Shown here: in pieces, positions 43,266 to 52,940 of the stretch
Layout: each line of letters opens with the position of its first letter
Position numbering within the stretch: position 1 is the stretch's first letter
Program-made: the position numbers and the translations under genes
The notes under the pieces: model-generated
What the model saw: the letters and a program-made list of their open reading frames with translations, nothing else
Database searches by the model: none
What the model was told of the DNA's origin: nothing
Origin: an uncultured delta proteobacterium
GTDB taxonomy: Bacteria > Desulfobacterota > Desulfomonilia > UBA1062
Reading direction: 5' to 3'
Length of the DNA stretch: 64,000 nt
NCBI GenBank assembly: GCA_963798485.1
Contig: CAWCTR010000004.1
Location: 160,001-224,000, forward strand

Positions 43266-43275
43266 TTACACTCCC

Positions 43276-44214
43276 TTACCAAGTAACCACGGTACGGTCG
43301 ATGACAAGCGCAACTGCACAGATGAATATGACGAACAACGACCACGCATAATCGTAGCCTCTTATCGTGGATGCATTGAGCGTTCTCACATCCCCGGAAA
43401 ACCCCCTGGATAGCATGGCGTCGTGCACGTCTTGGCTCATCATATAGGTTCTTTTCAAGAGGTAACCCATTCTCGAAGCAACCCAGCGCTGCTCGCTCCC
43501 GGTAGGGCCGTAATGGAGGGTCCTGCTCTTCCGGGCCACGTGGATATCATAGACCGTATGCACCAGGAGGATGATATACCGGTATGTCATGCCGAGGATA
43601 AGGATGAATATCCTCGGGACTCTTAAGACCCTGAGCGCCTGTAACAGGTCGCTCCACAGGGTTGTGAGCGTCAGCAGCACCGCCAGAGAGACCGAGGCAG
43701 AGACCCTGCCGATGAATGTGACCGCAGTGAGCACGCCCTGGCGGGTGACGGTGATCGTGTCGGGGATGTGGTATGGGCCGAGGTCATAGCTGTGTGCAAG
43801 ATGAAACACGGTCCAGATAGGAACTCCTGGCGTCACCACATTGAACAGTGCCGGGATGACGATGACGGCCGAGAACAACGGGATAAAGAGCCATACCCGC
43901 TTGATGAAGAATATGAGGGGAATGGATGAGGCAACAGCAAGCAGAAGCGTGAACACATAAACGCCCCAGATGGTAATCGAAGACCTCATGATGCTCACAC
44001 TGACAATGATGACGAGAAGGGTTATGAGCTTTATTCGTGGGTCTATAGCCTGCAGGAGACCGCTGTGCCTGGCAACGGACTCGGACACCATGGTATCCCT
44101 GAGAAAGTGCGCAGCATTACCTATAGTCTTTTCCACAAAACCGGACCTGCCCTTATGGTGCGGGGCAGGCAGCGGTACTGAAAATGAGTCTTGTGCAAGC
44201 CAGTCTGGAATCAT
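43276..44214 (-). CDS. cbiQ: ECF transporter T component (NikQ/CbiQ)
   Basis: DPRIKL, MTYRYI, ARKSR and AMLSRGF motifs. Confidence 0.92.
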   Translation of the reverse strand: MIPDWLAQDSFSVPLPAPHHKGRSGFVEKTIGNAAHFLRDTMVSESVARHSGLLQAIDPRIKLITLLVIIVSVSIMRSSITIWGVYVFTLLLAVASSIPLIFFIKRVWLFIPLFSAVIVIPALFNVVTPGVPIWTVFHLAHSYDLGPYHIPDTITVTRQGVLTAVTFIGRVSASVSLAVLLTLTTLWSDLLQALRVLRVPRIFILILGMTYRYIILLVHTVYDIHVARKSRTLHYGPTGSEQRWVASRMGYLLKRTYMMSQDVHDAMLSRGFSGDVRTLNASTIRGYDYAWSLFVIFICAVALVIDRTVVTW

Positions 44215-44559
44215 CTATTCCTTCTTATTCACGATCTTTCCGAAGAGCAGGGTAATAGCTGAGATGATACCTATACCCACGGCTGCCGAGATAACGTAAG
44301 CCAGGCTCAGCATGCCGAGGCCCTTCTCTTCCCAGCCCTTGAAGGCGTAATCCGGCATGGGGGCCTGCCAGATATCTGCGAGTTTCTGCATGCCCTGGGG
44401 GACAAAGCCCACCATCTTCTGGATCTCATCCGTACCCCATTCCCCCCAGGCGGAGCCGGCCTTCAGCTTATCAGGGATGATGATGCCCACAGGGGACAAA
44501 AGGGCAAGGACAATAAGACCTATCCACAGTTTTTTCGTTGTAGACATTTCGTTGCTCAT
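44215..44559 (-). CDS. PDGLE-domain ECF accessory component (NikN-like)
   Basis: AWGEWG and APMPDYAF motifs; two TM helices. Confidence 0.85.
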   Translation of the reverse strand: MSNEMSTTKKLWIGLIVLALLSPVGIIIPDKLKAGSAWGEWGTDEIQKMVGFVPQGMQKLADIWQAPMPDYAFKGWEEKGLGMLSLAYVISAAVGIGIISAITLLFGKIVNKKE

Positions 44560-45242
44560 CCGGCGCCTCCGTAGATGGTGAGGAGGGATTGATCAGACTT
44601 TTGGAGATACTTGATAATCAACGCGGTGACCAGTGCCTCCACCAGCCCGAAGAGGATAAGATGCTCTATGGCCATGGCCGGTACGGCGACGGAGAGCGGG
44701 TACGGTGCATAAAGCGGATGGCCGTCAGGACCGGAGGCTATCATGGGCTGGATGCCGAATTCAACCCCGGCCAGAACCGCAGCCACGTTAATCCCTATGT
44801 ACCCAGCTATGGCACCCGCCACCCAGCGGCGAGGTGATGTTATTTCCGAGCTGCCGGAGATAAGCTTGTAAATGTAGTATCCGACAAAGGGTATGACAAC
44901 ACCCATGTTGAAGCAGTTTGCGCCGATGGCCGTGATGCCTCCATCACCGAACAGGAGTGCCTGAACGATCAGTGCGATGGACACGGCTATGCTAGCGGCC
45001 CAGGGACCGAGGATAATAGCCACTATCACGGCACCTACGGCATGGCCGGTGGTGCCGCCGGGGATGGGGACATTAAACATCATGATTACAAAGGAGAATG
45101 CCGCGCCCAAAGCCAGAAGCGGCACATAACGCGAACGGATGGATTTACTGACCTTCCGGGCTGCTATGCCCAGGTAGGGGATGATAAAGGCATAAAAGGG
45201 CACATAGGTTTGCGGGGATAGGTAGCCATCCGGGATGTGCAT
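44556..45242 (-). CDS. cbiM: ECF S component NikM/CbiM
   Basis: MHIPDGYL N-terminus; GGTTGH and QALLFGDGGITA motifs. Confidence 0.95.
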   Translation of the reverse strand: MHIPDGYLSPQTYVPFYAFIIPYLGIAARKVSKSIRSRYVPLLALGAAFSFVIMMFNVPIPGGTTGHAVGAVIVAIILGPWAASIAVSIALIVQALLFGDGGITAIGANCFNMGVVIPFVGYYIYKLISGSSEITSPRRWVAGAIAGYIGINVAAVLAGVEFGIQPMIASGPDGHPLYAPYPLSVAVPAMAIEHLILFGLVEALVTALIIKYLQKSDQSLLTIYGGAG

Positions 45243-45280
45243 AGCAGTCTAACTCCTCTCTTATAAGATTTATTCCGCAT

Positions 45281-45307
45281 GTAGCACAAATATAAATATT
45301 GTGCTAC
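45281..45307. promoter_or_regulatory. Candidate NikR operator
   Basis: Palindrome GTAGCAC-N13-GTGCTAC between the divergent nikM and porin genes, near nikR. Confidence 0.7.
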
Positions 45308-45470
45308 TATAAAATAATGAAAATACAATTCGTAACACTGTTATTTTATCATAATTTGTGCGGGTTGGATAGAAAGCATTTTCAGATAGGTAGGAGAAGT
45401 CCAAGGGATATCATGGTCCAGAATCTATGGGTTAGGGCATAGCATTATAAAACAATAATGGGAGAATAGA

Positions 45471-46619
45471 ATGAGGGGTGTATTAATCTTGGTAATAGCC
45501 GTAGGGCTTATCTTTGCCGGTTCCGTTCCAGCACCGGCTGCTGAAAAGACGGTTGAAGAACGGATAAAGGCGTTAGAGGACACCATAGGCGTTTGGTCGT
45601 TCTATGGGAGTGCACGGTTTGCAACCTTTTATGAGAAATCAGATAGCAATGCCTTCAATGATACTGATGGCATTACGGATCTTAACGGACCTCACCAGAA
45701 AACAACAAGATGGGGTATAAGTGATTCATACGTAGGTGCAACGGCTACAAAAGGTGATTTCGGAGGCAAGATTGAGATCGAGTTTGAGGAAAATCAGACG
45801 CTTGAAACACGCTTGATGTATGGCACCTATACCTCTCATGATGTCATCCTTTTTCTGGGGCAGGATTATACACCACTTGGAGACTGGAGTTACAGCAACC
45901 AGGTATTTGCCGAAGACAACGCCATGCAAGGTTGGGGCATGATCTATGAAGACACCATTCCTCAACTTAAGCTTAAATGGAAGGGACTCCAGGTGGCATT
46001 TGTCGAAAATATGCGTGTGAATACCGCGGGCTTGAATGCATCAGACGTAAGGACCGAGATTGTGCTGCCGCATCTTGAGATGAAGTACCACTTTGAGGCG
46101 GATAAGTTCTTCGGTGATGTATTCGGCGGAGCCAATACCTATAAGGTCAAAGTGGCCAGTTTGAATATCGACAAGACCATAAATTCCTATGCACTGGGTG
46201 CCGGATGCGGAGTCACTATTGACCCGGTCTATGCAAACACGATGGTGTGGATGGCCCGCAACGGGATGCAGATGGGCCTGCACCAGGCTGATGCCCAGGG
46301 TGCCCAGATCGATCCTGAGACAGGCAGGCTCACCAATGACAATGATCTGGGATGGGTCTTCATCGTCGGCGCACATATCACCAAGGTGACCCTTGAGGCA
46401 GGGTATGGTTATGTAAAATCGAAACTTGATGCAAGCGGCGCCAGGAAAGATGATGCGCAGAACTGCTATCTGCAGGCTGTCATTCCTGTTGCACAGACGG
46501 ATTCAGCGAAATTCAGCCTCACCCCTGAAATAGGGGTTGTTGATTATAAGAGGGATTCGAAGGGTGACTATCAGGGAAAGGCGATATATGCAGGGGCCAG
46601 GTGGCAGATCGACTTCTAG
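45471..46619 (+). CDS. Outer-membrane porin-like protein
   Basis: Signal peptide, short coiled coil, FYGSARF, LGQDYTP and C-terminal GARWQIDF. Confidence 0.8.
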   Translation: MRGVLILVIAVGLIFAGSVPAPAAEKTVEERIKALEDTIGVWSFYGSARFATFYEKSDSNAFNDTDGITDLNGPHQKTTRWGISDSYVGATATKGDFGGKIEIEFEENQTLETRLMYGTYTSHDVILFLGQDYTPLGDWSYSNQVFAEDNAMQGWGMIYEDTIPQLKLKWKGLQVAFVENMRVNTAGLNASDVRTEIVLPHLEMKYHFEADKFFGDVFGGANTYKVKVASLNIDKTINSYALGAGCGVTIDPVYANTMVWMARNGMQMGLHQADAQGAQIDPETGRLTNDNDLGWVFIVGAHITKVTLEAGYGYVKSKLDASGARKDDAQNCYLQAVIPVAQTDSAKFSLTPEIGVVDYKRDSKGDYQGKAIYAGARWQIDF

Positions 46620-46647
46620 AACTTCTTAATCGAGGGCACGGGCTCTC

Positions 46648-47064
46648 TTATTCGATGTCTTTGCCCGTGCTGGTCATGCTGAGAGCCCCGTGGCGCACGC
46701 CCTTGACTGACTTTAGGGCATTTGCAAGATTCTGCACTTTACTGGCTTTACTTTTTACAGCCACGATCTCCAGGCAGTTGTGATGGTCGAGGTGGATATG
46801 CTGGGTAGAGATGATGGTATCCTGGTGATCATGCTGGAGGTCTGTGAGCTGGCTTGACAGTCCACGGGTATGATGGTCGTAGATGAAGGTGATGGTTCCG
46901 GCAACTTCCTGGTCCTCCTCCCATTCCTTTTTGACCAGTTCCTGGCGGATAAGGTCTCGCAATGCCTCGGAACGGGTCGAATAACCCCTTTTGCCGATAA
47001 GCCGGTCGAATTTTTTGAGCAGACTGTCTTCAAGCGATACACCGAATCTCACGAGTTCTGACAT
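46648..47064 (-). CDS. nikR: Nickel-responsive regulator
   Basis: RFGVSL, RSEALRDLIR, YDHH and HIHLDHHNCLE motifs. Confidence 0.96.
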   Translation of the reverse strand: MSELVRFGVSLEDSLLKKFDRLIGKRGYSTRSEALRDLIRQELVKKEWEEDQEVAGTITFIYDHHTRGLSSQLTDLQHDHQDTIISTQHIHLDHHNCLEIVAVKSKASKVQNLANALKSVKGVRHGALSMTSTGKDIE

Positions 47065-47193
47065 AACCCACCTATAGTTTATCTTTGCTGCATGGTGCCA
47101 CAGTGAGCAGGGGGAGTCAAACGCTATTCAAACCCAACTCATGCTTATGAAAACAGGTATCATCATCCGATAGAGAGAGAAGCAAACGAGGGC

Positions 47194-48684
47194 ATGAAAG
47201 GATCAACAAAGGCCATGTCTCCAGAGAATAGTGAGGATAGACGGCTGCAAATAAGGAGCGGGCTGTCATTGAGGACCAAGGGCCTGCTCTTGGCGGCTTT
47301 ACTCAATATAATCTCGACGATTATCTTCTCGGCATATTGCTATCAGATCCAGAAATCCTCTATTATGAGGGATATCGACGATAGGCTCCTTTCAAGCGCA
47401 CATGCAATCAGGTATCTTCTCCCCGAGGGATTCCATGGGAATATCAGCTCCGAGGCTTCCGTCTCCCCCAAAGAGTATGAGCGTAACCTGAGAAAGCTCT
47501 CGGAGTATGCAAGGTATGCCGGGGTGACCTATCTCTATACCATGATGGAGTCAGGGAATAAAATTGTATTCACCTCCACGAGCGCCACAACTGAGGAGTT
47601 CAAGAAGGGTACGTTTGATCATTTCTTTTCCGTCTGCGAAGATGCCTCCCCGAAGCTGAAACAGGTCTTTCGTGACCATAAGGTTTTCTTTGAAGAATCC
47701 CATGATAAATATGGAGACTACAGAACTCTCATCGTGCCGGTGATAATGCCTTCCGGAAAGGTCTATCTAATGGGGGCCGACCTCGACATCCGTTTTATCA
47801 AGGCCTTGCTAAACCAGGGTTTGTATCGCTCGCTCATGATAGGCGGCGTACTGTTCATACTAACCATGACTGTGTCTTTCCTTTTCCTCAGGCGGCTCAC
47901 AGGCCCCTTTATCACAAGGGATATTATAGCCGGGGTGATGGATTCATCCGGCAAAATCATAAAGACTTCCCAAGACCTTGTGGGTAACTGCGCCGAACTG
48001 GCCTCCTACGCCCAGGATCAAAACGAGGTAGTAAGTGAGACATCAAAGACCCTTGAAGACCTTGCCTTGGTTATCGGACAGGGCACTGAAGGTTCCGTAT
48101 CTGTTGAAACAGAGCTCAAGTCCTTCAATGATACCGTTTGCGCCCGGATGAGTCTTATCAATGAGATGAACGATTCCATGAAAGAGATCGACATATCGAG
48201 CGTTCAGATCGAAAAGATCATTGGTGTTATGAATGAGATTGCATTCCAGACAAACCTGCTTGAATTGAATGCCTCAGTAGAGGTTGACAGGGCGGGTAAT
48301 GCCGGGAAGGGCTTTTCTGTTGTGGCCGAAGAGGTGCGAAATCTTGCCCGCAAGACGGCCGAATCTTCACGGGACATAGAGCGGATTGTCCATAAGAACA
48401 TAAACGTCACCAGGAGGGGCCTGGAGTCTGTTATTGACACATCCGATTTCTTCCGGGTGATTATTGAGCGGATCAAGGAAATCGCCTCAAGGATATCTGA
48501 AATAACCGAAAGCAGCAAAGAACAGAGCGCCGGCATCGAATATATCAACGGGGCCATAGCAAGGACAAAGGATATACTTGAACACAATACCGACTTTGCA
48601 GGGATACTTTCTGAAAGCTCCAGGGAGCTCCAGGCGAGCGTGTCTTCTCTGGAGGAGATCCTAGAGCCTTTCAAGGGTAAATGA
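47194..48684 (+). CDS. Methyl-accepting chemotaxis protein
   Basis: Two TM helices flanking a periplasmic sensor; IAFQTNLL.LNA..E..RAG..GKGFSVVAEEVRNLA signalling hairpin. Confidence 0.9.
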   Translation: MKGSTKAMSPENSEDRRLQIRSGLSLRTKGLLLAALLNIISTIIFSAYCYQIQKSSIMRDIDDRLLSSAHAIRYLLPEGFHGNISSEASVSPKEYERNLRKLSEYARYAGVTYLYTMMESGNKIVFTSTSATTEEFKKGTFDHFFSVCEDASPKLKQVFRDHKVFFEESHDKYGDYRTLIVPVIMPSGKVYLMGADLDIRFIKALLNQGLYRSLMIGGVLFILTMTVSFLFLRRLTGPFITRDIIAGVMDSSGKIIKTSQDLVGNCAELASYAQDQNEVVSETSKTLEDLALVIGQGTEGSVSVETELKSFNDTVCARMSLINEMNDSMKEIDISSVQIEKIIGVMNEIAFQTNLLELNASVEVDRAGNAGKGFSVVAEEVRNLARKTAESSRDIERIVHKNINVTRRGLESVIDTSDFFRVIIERIKEIASRISEITESSKEQSAGIEYINGAIARTKDILEHNTDFAGILSESSRELQASVSSLEEILEPFKGK

Positions 48685-48743
48685 AGAATAGCCCTCTGAT
48701 CTTTTAAAAGAAATTGTGGTATCTTCTCTGGAGATCAAAAAGG

Positions 48744-48763
48744 GCACCATGAGGACATGGTGC
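48744..48763. terminator. Hairpin between convergent genes
   Basis: GCACCATG-agga-CATGGTGC preceded by an A run. Confidence 0.55.
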
Positions 48764-48772
48764 TTGAATCCC

Positions 48773-49012
48773 TTAATCTCTCTTTGGGATTGTTTTCAAT
48801 CTGAGAAGATTAATTTCAGTCATGGGCTGATACTTTTTTATGAGCTCGCCAATGGCCTCATTCACCAAGAGTGACAGCTCTTTCCCCGTCAATGCGGAGA
48901 GTACGGTGAGCGCCCTTGCATGACCCTCTTCGATGTAGTAATTCCTTTTCACCAATACACCGGCCGGGTTATTTTTCCTTAATTCGAGTGGCTTTCTTCC
49001 TCTTTCCCCCAT
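48773..49012 (-). CDS. Small hypothetical protein, possible ribbon-helix-helix
   Basis: RBS GAGAGG; KRNYYI...ALTVLSALTGKELSLLVNEAI pattern. Confidence 0.5.
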   Translation of the reverse strand: MGERGRKPLELRKNNPAGVLVKRNYYIEEGHARALTVLSALTGKELSLLVNEAIGELIKKYQPMTEINLLRLKTIPKRD

Positions 49013-49119
49013 GCATCCCTCTCTGATAATTTATTTTACTGCTGGTTAATAATTACTTTTAATAATTTAACCAAGTTCATAACAAACCTTTTTACTCGTA
49101 AAGGGAATGGCTCAAAAAC

Positions 49120-49169
49120 TGGAGGCGGCAACCGGATTTGAACCGGTGAATAACGGTTTTGCAGACCGT
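49120..49169 (-). repeat. att site: 3' 50 bp of a tRNA-Cys(GCA) gene
   Basis: ACGGT-CTGCAAA-ACCGT TATTC ACCGG TTCAAAT CCGGT TGCCGCCT CCA with no D arm or 5' acceptor strand; about 30 bp from the integrase stop. Confidence 0.92.
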
Positions 49170-49202
49170 ATATCTAACTTAATATCCTTTATAATCAATA
49201 TA

Positions 49203-50438
49203 TTAGTTATTGCCGCTAGAGACATTCTCTACCATATTTTCAGGTTTATTCTCTAGTAATTCTCTAGTAGGTTTTTTATCCAGCTCGTCTATATTACTCG
49301 TACTCATCTGGGGTATCCAGTGGTAGTAAGTCTTGTATGTGATCATTGGTGAGCTATGTCCCAACTCTTTTGATACCTCATGGATTGGATGTCCAATACT
49401 GAGTCTAAATGTTGCATAGCTGTGTCTCATGTCATGCGGGGTTCTGTGAGAGAGCTTTGATTTCTCCATGCAGAAATTCCATACACGATCAAGAAAATTG
49501 CCATAGTTAATCCTATTCCCTGTTTCCCCTATGAATACCAACTCTGGTGTTTTCTTCCAGCCCTTGCGCAATGTTTCTTCCTTAACAGCTGCAATCTGCT
49601 TATGTATGATGGCTTTAAGGTCGTTTGTCAAGCGCACTTTACGCCTACTCGATTCACTCTTGGGAGTAGTTTTTCTCCCCCTTGTAATATTGTTTCTCAC
49701 GCTGATATAGTTGTTGACAAAATCTATGTCTGATACTTTCAGCCCGATGATCTCGCCAATACGGAGGCCAGACCTAAATCCCATTGCCACAAGGGCATAA
49801 TATCTTGGCCTATGCTCCTTAACTTTAGATTCAAAAGTTGATCTATCTTCCCAGGTAAAAGGATTCATATCGTCATGGTTCTCATCAGGATTATCTTTGG
49901 GAATAATACTTCCATGAATGGGATTTGATTCAATATACTTGGGTACTGCGGATTCAAGTATGCCTGAAAGGCAATTTTTAATATTGGCAAGAGTATTGTA
50001 TTTTAGCCCCTTTGGCTTTAACTCTGAAAGCTCAAAGAGATAGTTTTCAAACTCTTCCTTGTCAAATTGATCAAGTGGCTTGTCTCCATACTTTGGTATA
50101 AGCCTCTGATTGATAAGATTCTCATACCCCTTATAGGTGCTGTATTTGAGGCGTTTCTTGTTTTTTATAAGCCAGCCTGGATTATCATCAAACCCATTTA
50201 GATATTGCTCGAGAGTGGGTGCCTGTGATTTGATCTCAAAGAGCCTGTTGAGAGCCTTATGTCCTTGCTCTTTGATCTTCTGATTGATTAGCTCTTTCTT
50301 CTGGTTTGCGATAACACGGTTTACCTTTGTGTTCTTGCCAACATGGATGTACTTTTTCTTGTATTGATGGCAGACCAATAAATATAATTCACCAGAGCCC
50401 TTCGGATGTTCAACAACGCTTACGCCCATTTTACGCAT
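49203..50438 (-). CDS. int: Tyrosine recombinase/integrase
   Basis: SGLRIGE, PK, HDMRHSYAT and LGHSSPMITYKTY motifs. Confidence 0.96.
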   Translation of the reverse strand: MRKMGVSVVEHPKGSGELYLLVCHQYKKKYIHVGKNTKVNRVIANQKKELINQKIKEQGHKALNRLFEIKSQAPTLEQYLNGFDDNPGWLIKNKKRLKYSTYKGYENLINQRLIPKYGDKPLDQFDKEEFENYLFELSELKPKGLKYNTLANIKNCLSGILESAVPKYIESNPIHGSIIPKDNPDENHDDMNPFTWEDRSTFESKVKEHRPRYYALVAMGFRSGLRIGEIIGLKVSDIDFVNNYISVRNNITRGRKTTPKSESSRRKVRLTNDLKAIIHKQIAAVKEETLRKGWKKTPELVFIGETGNRINYGNFLDRVWNFCMEKSKLSHRTPHDMRHSYATFRLSIGHPIHEVSKELGHSSPMITYKTYYHWIPQMSTSNIDELDKKPTRELLENKPENMVENVSSGNN

Positions 50439-50679
50439 TAAAAACGTCCTTCAAGATATTGTCAATCTTATTGTCTAAAACAGCTCCACCCTTTACTTCC
50501 CTGCTCTCAAGATATTCATCTATCCATTCCTTCTTGGTGACCATCTGTCCAAGGTCAGGCTTAGAGTATCGCATCAAGCCCCTTGCCCATAATTCACGGA
50601 TATACTTCTCGTTGATACCACCCGCATAGTCGGATGCTTGCTTTGCTGTGAGCCATACTGATGAGCTAAGGGAAGCCAA
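50431..50679 (-). CDS. Excisionase-like HTH protein
   Basis: WLTAKQASDY...KEWIDEYLE; overlaps the int start; RBS AAGGAG. Confidence 0.75.
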   Translation of the reverse strand: MASLSSSVWLTAKQASDYAGGINEKYIRELWARGLMRYSKPDLGQMVTKKEWIDEYLESREVKGGAVLDNKIDNILKDVFNA

Positions 50680-50684
50680 GTCTT

Positions 50685-50907
50685 TTTCTCCTTTGTCCTT
50701 AATAAATAAAAACCAACTTTTCCTCCCTTGCCCCTTTCACAAACGACTGAAGGGGAAGGGAGGAACGACCGGAGAAAGGAAAGCCTGGAAGGCTCACCAT
50801 ATAGAAGTGGTCTCATTTGAGACCACAGGAGACACCCGAAGCTCTGCAAGCAGCATGACAACATGCTCACATGTTGGCGTGCTGCTTTCGGAGCAAGCGG
50901 AGGGGGT
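50685..50907 (-). repeat. Conserved upstream leader element, copy A (before xis-int)
   Basis: Hairpins 50848..50887 and 50720..50765; aligns with 52139..52340 and 52762..52935. Confidence 0.85.
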
Positions 50908-51261
50908 CTTTTATATCCTGTGGTTTTCAGTCTTGGTTATTGGTTAGATATGAACCGATCTTCAAAAGAGTTACATTTCGCCAGTGCCATCTGTGGCGAT
51001 TTACTCTTTTTGAAGGTTTCATTTAAAAATCCCTACTCAGGGATTTGGCTATCTCTGCAAGCCAGCAGAACGCCCCTTCTGCTCGCCCTCTGCAATAATC
51101 ATCGTTCAACAATATTGCTGAAAGGGTTGGTACTTCATCATCGATTGGTATTGGAGTAAGATTACCATCGAGTTCATGCCTCAGAGCATCAGTTTTATTG
51201 ACAGGTTGAAAACTTGACAATATATATGGTTATGGCTATATGGATATGTATCCCCTAGGAG

Positions 51262-51507
51262 GTGATGTTCATGCACCGAACAACTATCATGCTTCCGGAC
51301 GATCTCAAAGCAAAGGCAGAAGATGTGTCGAGGAAAAAGGGGTTTTCTCTGAGTGAATTTGTGAGAGAGGCGATGAAAGATATGCTGAAGAAGTATGAGG
51401 GCAGCAAAGGAGATTCTTTCTTCACAGATACAGTGGTATATACTGGGTCGGCACCCAAAGACATATCTAAAAATCATGATGATTATCTTTATGGAAGCAA
51501 GGCATGA
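51262..51507 (+). CDS. CopG/RHH antitoxin (VapB-like)
   Basis: RTTIMLPDDL...SLSEFVREA and SKNHDDYLYG motifs; overlaps vapC. Confidence 0.85.
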   Translation: MMFMHRTTIMLPDDLKAKAEDVSRKKGFSLSEFVREAMKDMLKKYEGSKGDSFFTDTVVYTGSAPKDISKNHDDYLYGSKA

Positions 51508-51905
51508 TCTATATTGATACAGGAGCACTGATAGCAAGATATATTGCCAAGGACGATTATCACACTGAAGCAAAATCTAGCTGGAAAGCCCTTGAGAAGA
51601 ACAAAGACAGGCTCTTTACCAGTAACTTTGTTTTGGATGAAACGTTCACCCTTTTAGGCAGAAGGGCCGGATATAAATTTGCCGCCGAGAGAGCAAGAGC
51701 CATATATTCATCGGAGGCACTCACCATCTTAAGACCCGATAAATCAAACGAGCTTGAAGCACTACGTTTTTTCGAAAAATACTCAGACCAAATGGTAAGC
51801 TATACGGATTGCATTTCCTTTGCCTTAATGCGGGAACACAAGATTAAGAGGGTGTTTACTTTCGATAAGCATTTCGATCTGGCCGGGTTTCAAATAATAC
51901 CTTAG
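51504..51905 (+). CDS. vapC: PIN-domain toxin VapC
   Basis: IYIDTGA, VLDETFTLL, SYTDCISF and FTFDKHF motifs. Confidence 0.93.
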   Translation: MIYIDTGALIARYIAKDDYHTEAKSSWKALEKNKDRLFTSNFVLDETFTLLGRRAGYKFAAERARAIYSSEALTILRPDKSNELEALRFFEKYSDQMVSYTDCISFALMREHKIKRVFTFDKHFDLAGFQIIP

Positions 51906-52138
51906 CATTTCCCAGTTCCAATAGATGATCTGGTTGCATTGGTCTCCTATGCAAATCGGGTCCATATATACCAACAAAGGATGCCCTGACTGCCATCAGA
52001 TTACTGTGATTGGAATACCCAGAACATTCTCAAGGCATTTCATAAAAGCTGGGACAATATTATTTTAATTGCACAATATTAACATCGGTTATGCACAGTA
52101 ACATCCATAATGTTAGTTAGCGAAATTTTCAAAATAAG

Positions 52139-52340
52139 CGCCCTCTCCGCTCGTCTTCTAAGCGTCCCGCCATGCTGATAAGCCTGTCATGCCGCTTGCA
52201 GCGCTGCAAGGGCTTCTTTAAGGAAGAAAATAAAACCTTCCTTTCTTTCGGTCGTTCCTCCCTCCCCCTTCAATCTCTGGTGAAAGGGGGAGGGAGGAAA
52301 AATTGTTTTTTACACACATCAGACCAAATCAAAGGAGGGC
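52139..52340 (+). repeat. Conserved upstream leader element, copy B (before DUF2958)
   Basis: Hairpins 52160..52197 and 52255..52299; homologous to copies A and C. Confidence 0.85.
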
Positions 52341-52343
52341 TTT

Positions 52344-52661
52344 ATGAAGCTTTTAACAGTTGAGTTGATCAATCAGTTTCCGAGGCTTTACGAGACCGAT
52401 GGTAAACCGAAGGACCAGGTGAAAATAGTCGCCAAGTTTTTTCACCCTATGTCCGCTGCCACTTGGTACGCAATCGAGTATGATCCGGAGGAAAGGATGT
52501 TCTTTGGCTTCGTGAATCTGGGTAATCCCTTGTACGCTGAACTGGGATATTTCTCTCTTGATGAACTTGAAAGTGTAAAGGTGATGGGACTCGGCATTGA
52601 GAGAGATCTGCATTACGGAGAGCATTACTTATCCGAGGTTCTTGAAAGTAAAAATATTTGA
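52344..52661 (+). CDS. DUF2958 family protein
   Basis: [26 protein letters not shown] and IERDLHY motifs. Confidence 0.88.
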   Translation: MKLLTVELINQFPRLYETDGKPKDQVKIVAKFFHPMSAATWYAIEYDPEERMFFGFVNLGNPLYAELGYFSLDELESVKVMGLGIERDLHYGEHYLSEVLESKNI

Positions 52662-52665
52662 TAAC

Positions 52666-52699
52666 GCCCGCGTCCGCCGGGCAACCGGCGGACGCGGGC
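52666..52699 (+). terminator. Perfect 15-bp GC hairpin after DUF2958
   Basis: GCCCGCGTCCGCCGG-gcaa-CCGGCGGACGCGGGC. Confidence 0.7.
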
Positions 52700-52761
52700 T
52701 TAAAAACATACAGGACGTATACCGAACAATTGAGTCTCCAAGACCTTTCATAAGCAATTCG

Positions 52762-52935
52762 CGCCCCTTTCTCTCGCTTTATAAGCATCGTGCCAACAAA
52801 AACACGTTGTCACGCTGCTTGCAACGTTCCAGGGGCTTTCTACAAGGAGGCTTCGCGGTCTTTTATCTCCGATTTTTCTCAACCCATGAATCAGGGGTGA
52901 ACGGGTTGAAAAAATTAATTTATTAGAGGAGGAAA
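52762..52935 (+). repeat. Conserved upstream leader element, copy C (before ardC)
   Basis: Hairpins 52783..52820 and about 52873..52914; homologous to copies A and B. Confidence 0.8.
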
Positions 52936-52940
52936 GACCA

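Noticed and set aside
49120-49169. Functional tRNA-Cys gene
   Set aside because: Only the anticodon arm to CCA is present; it lacks the 5' acceptor strand and D arm, so it is treated as an att duplicate.
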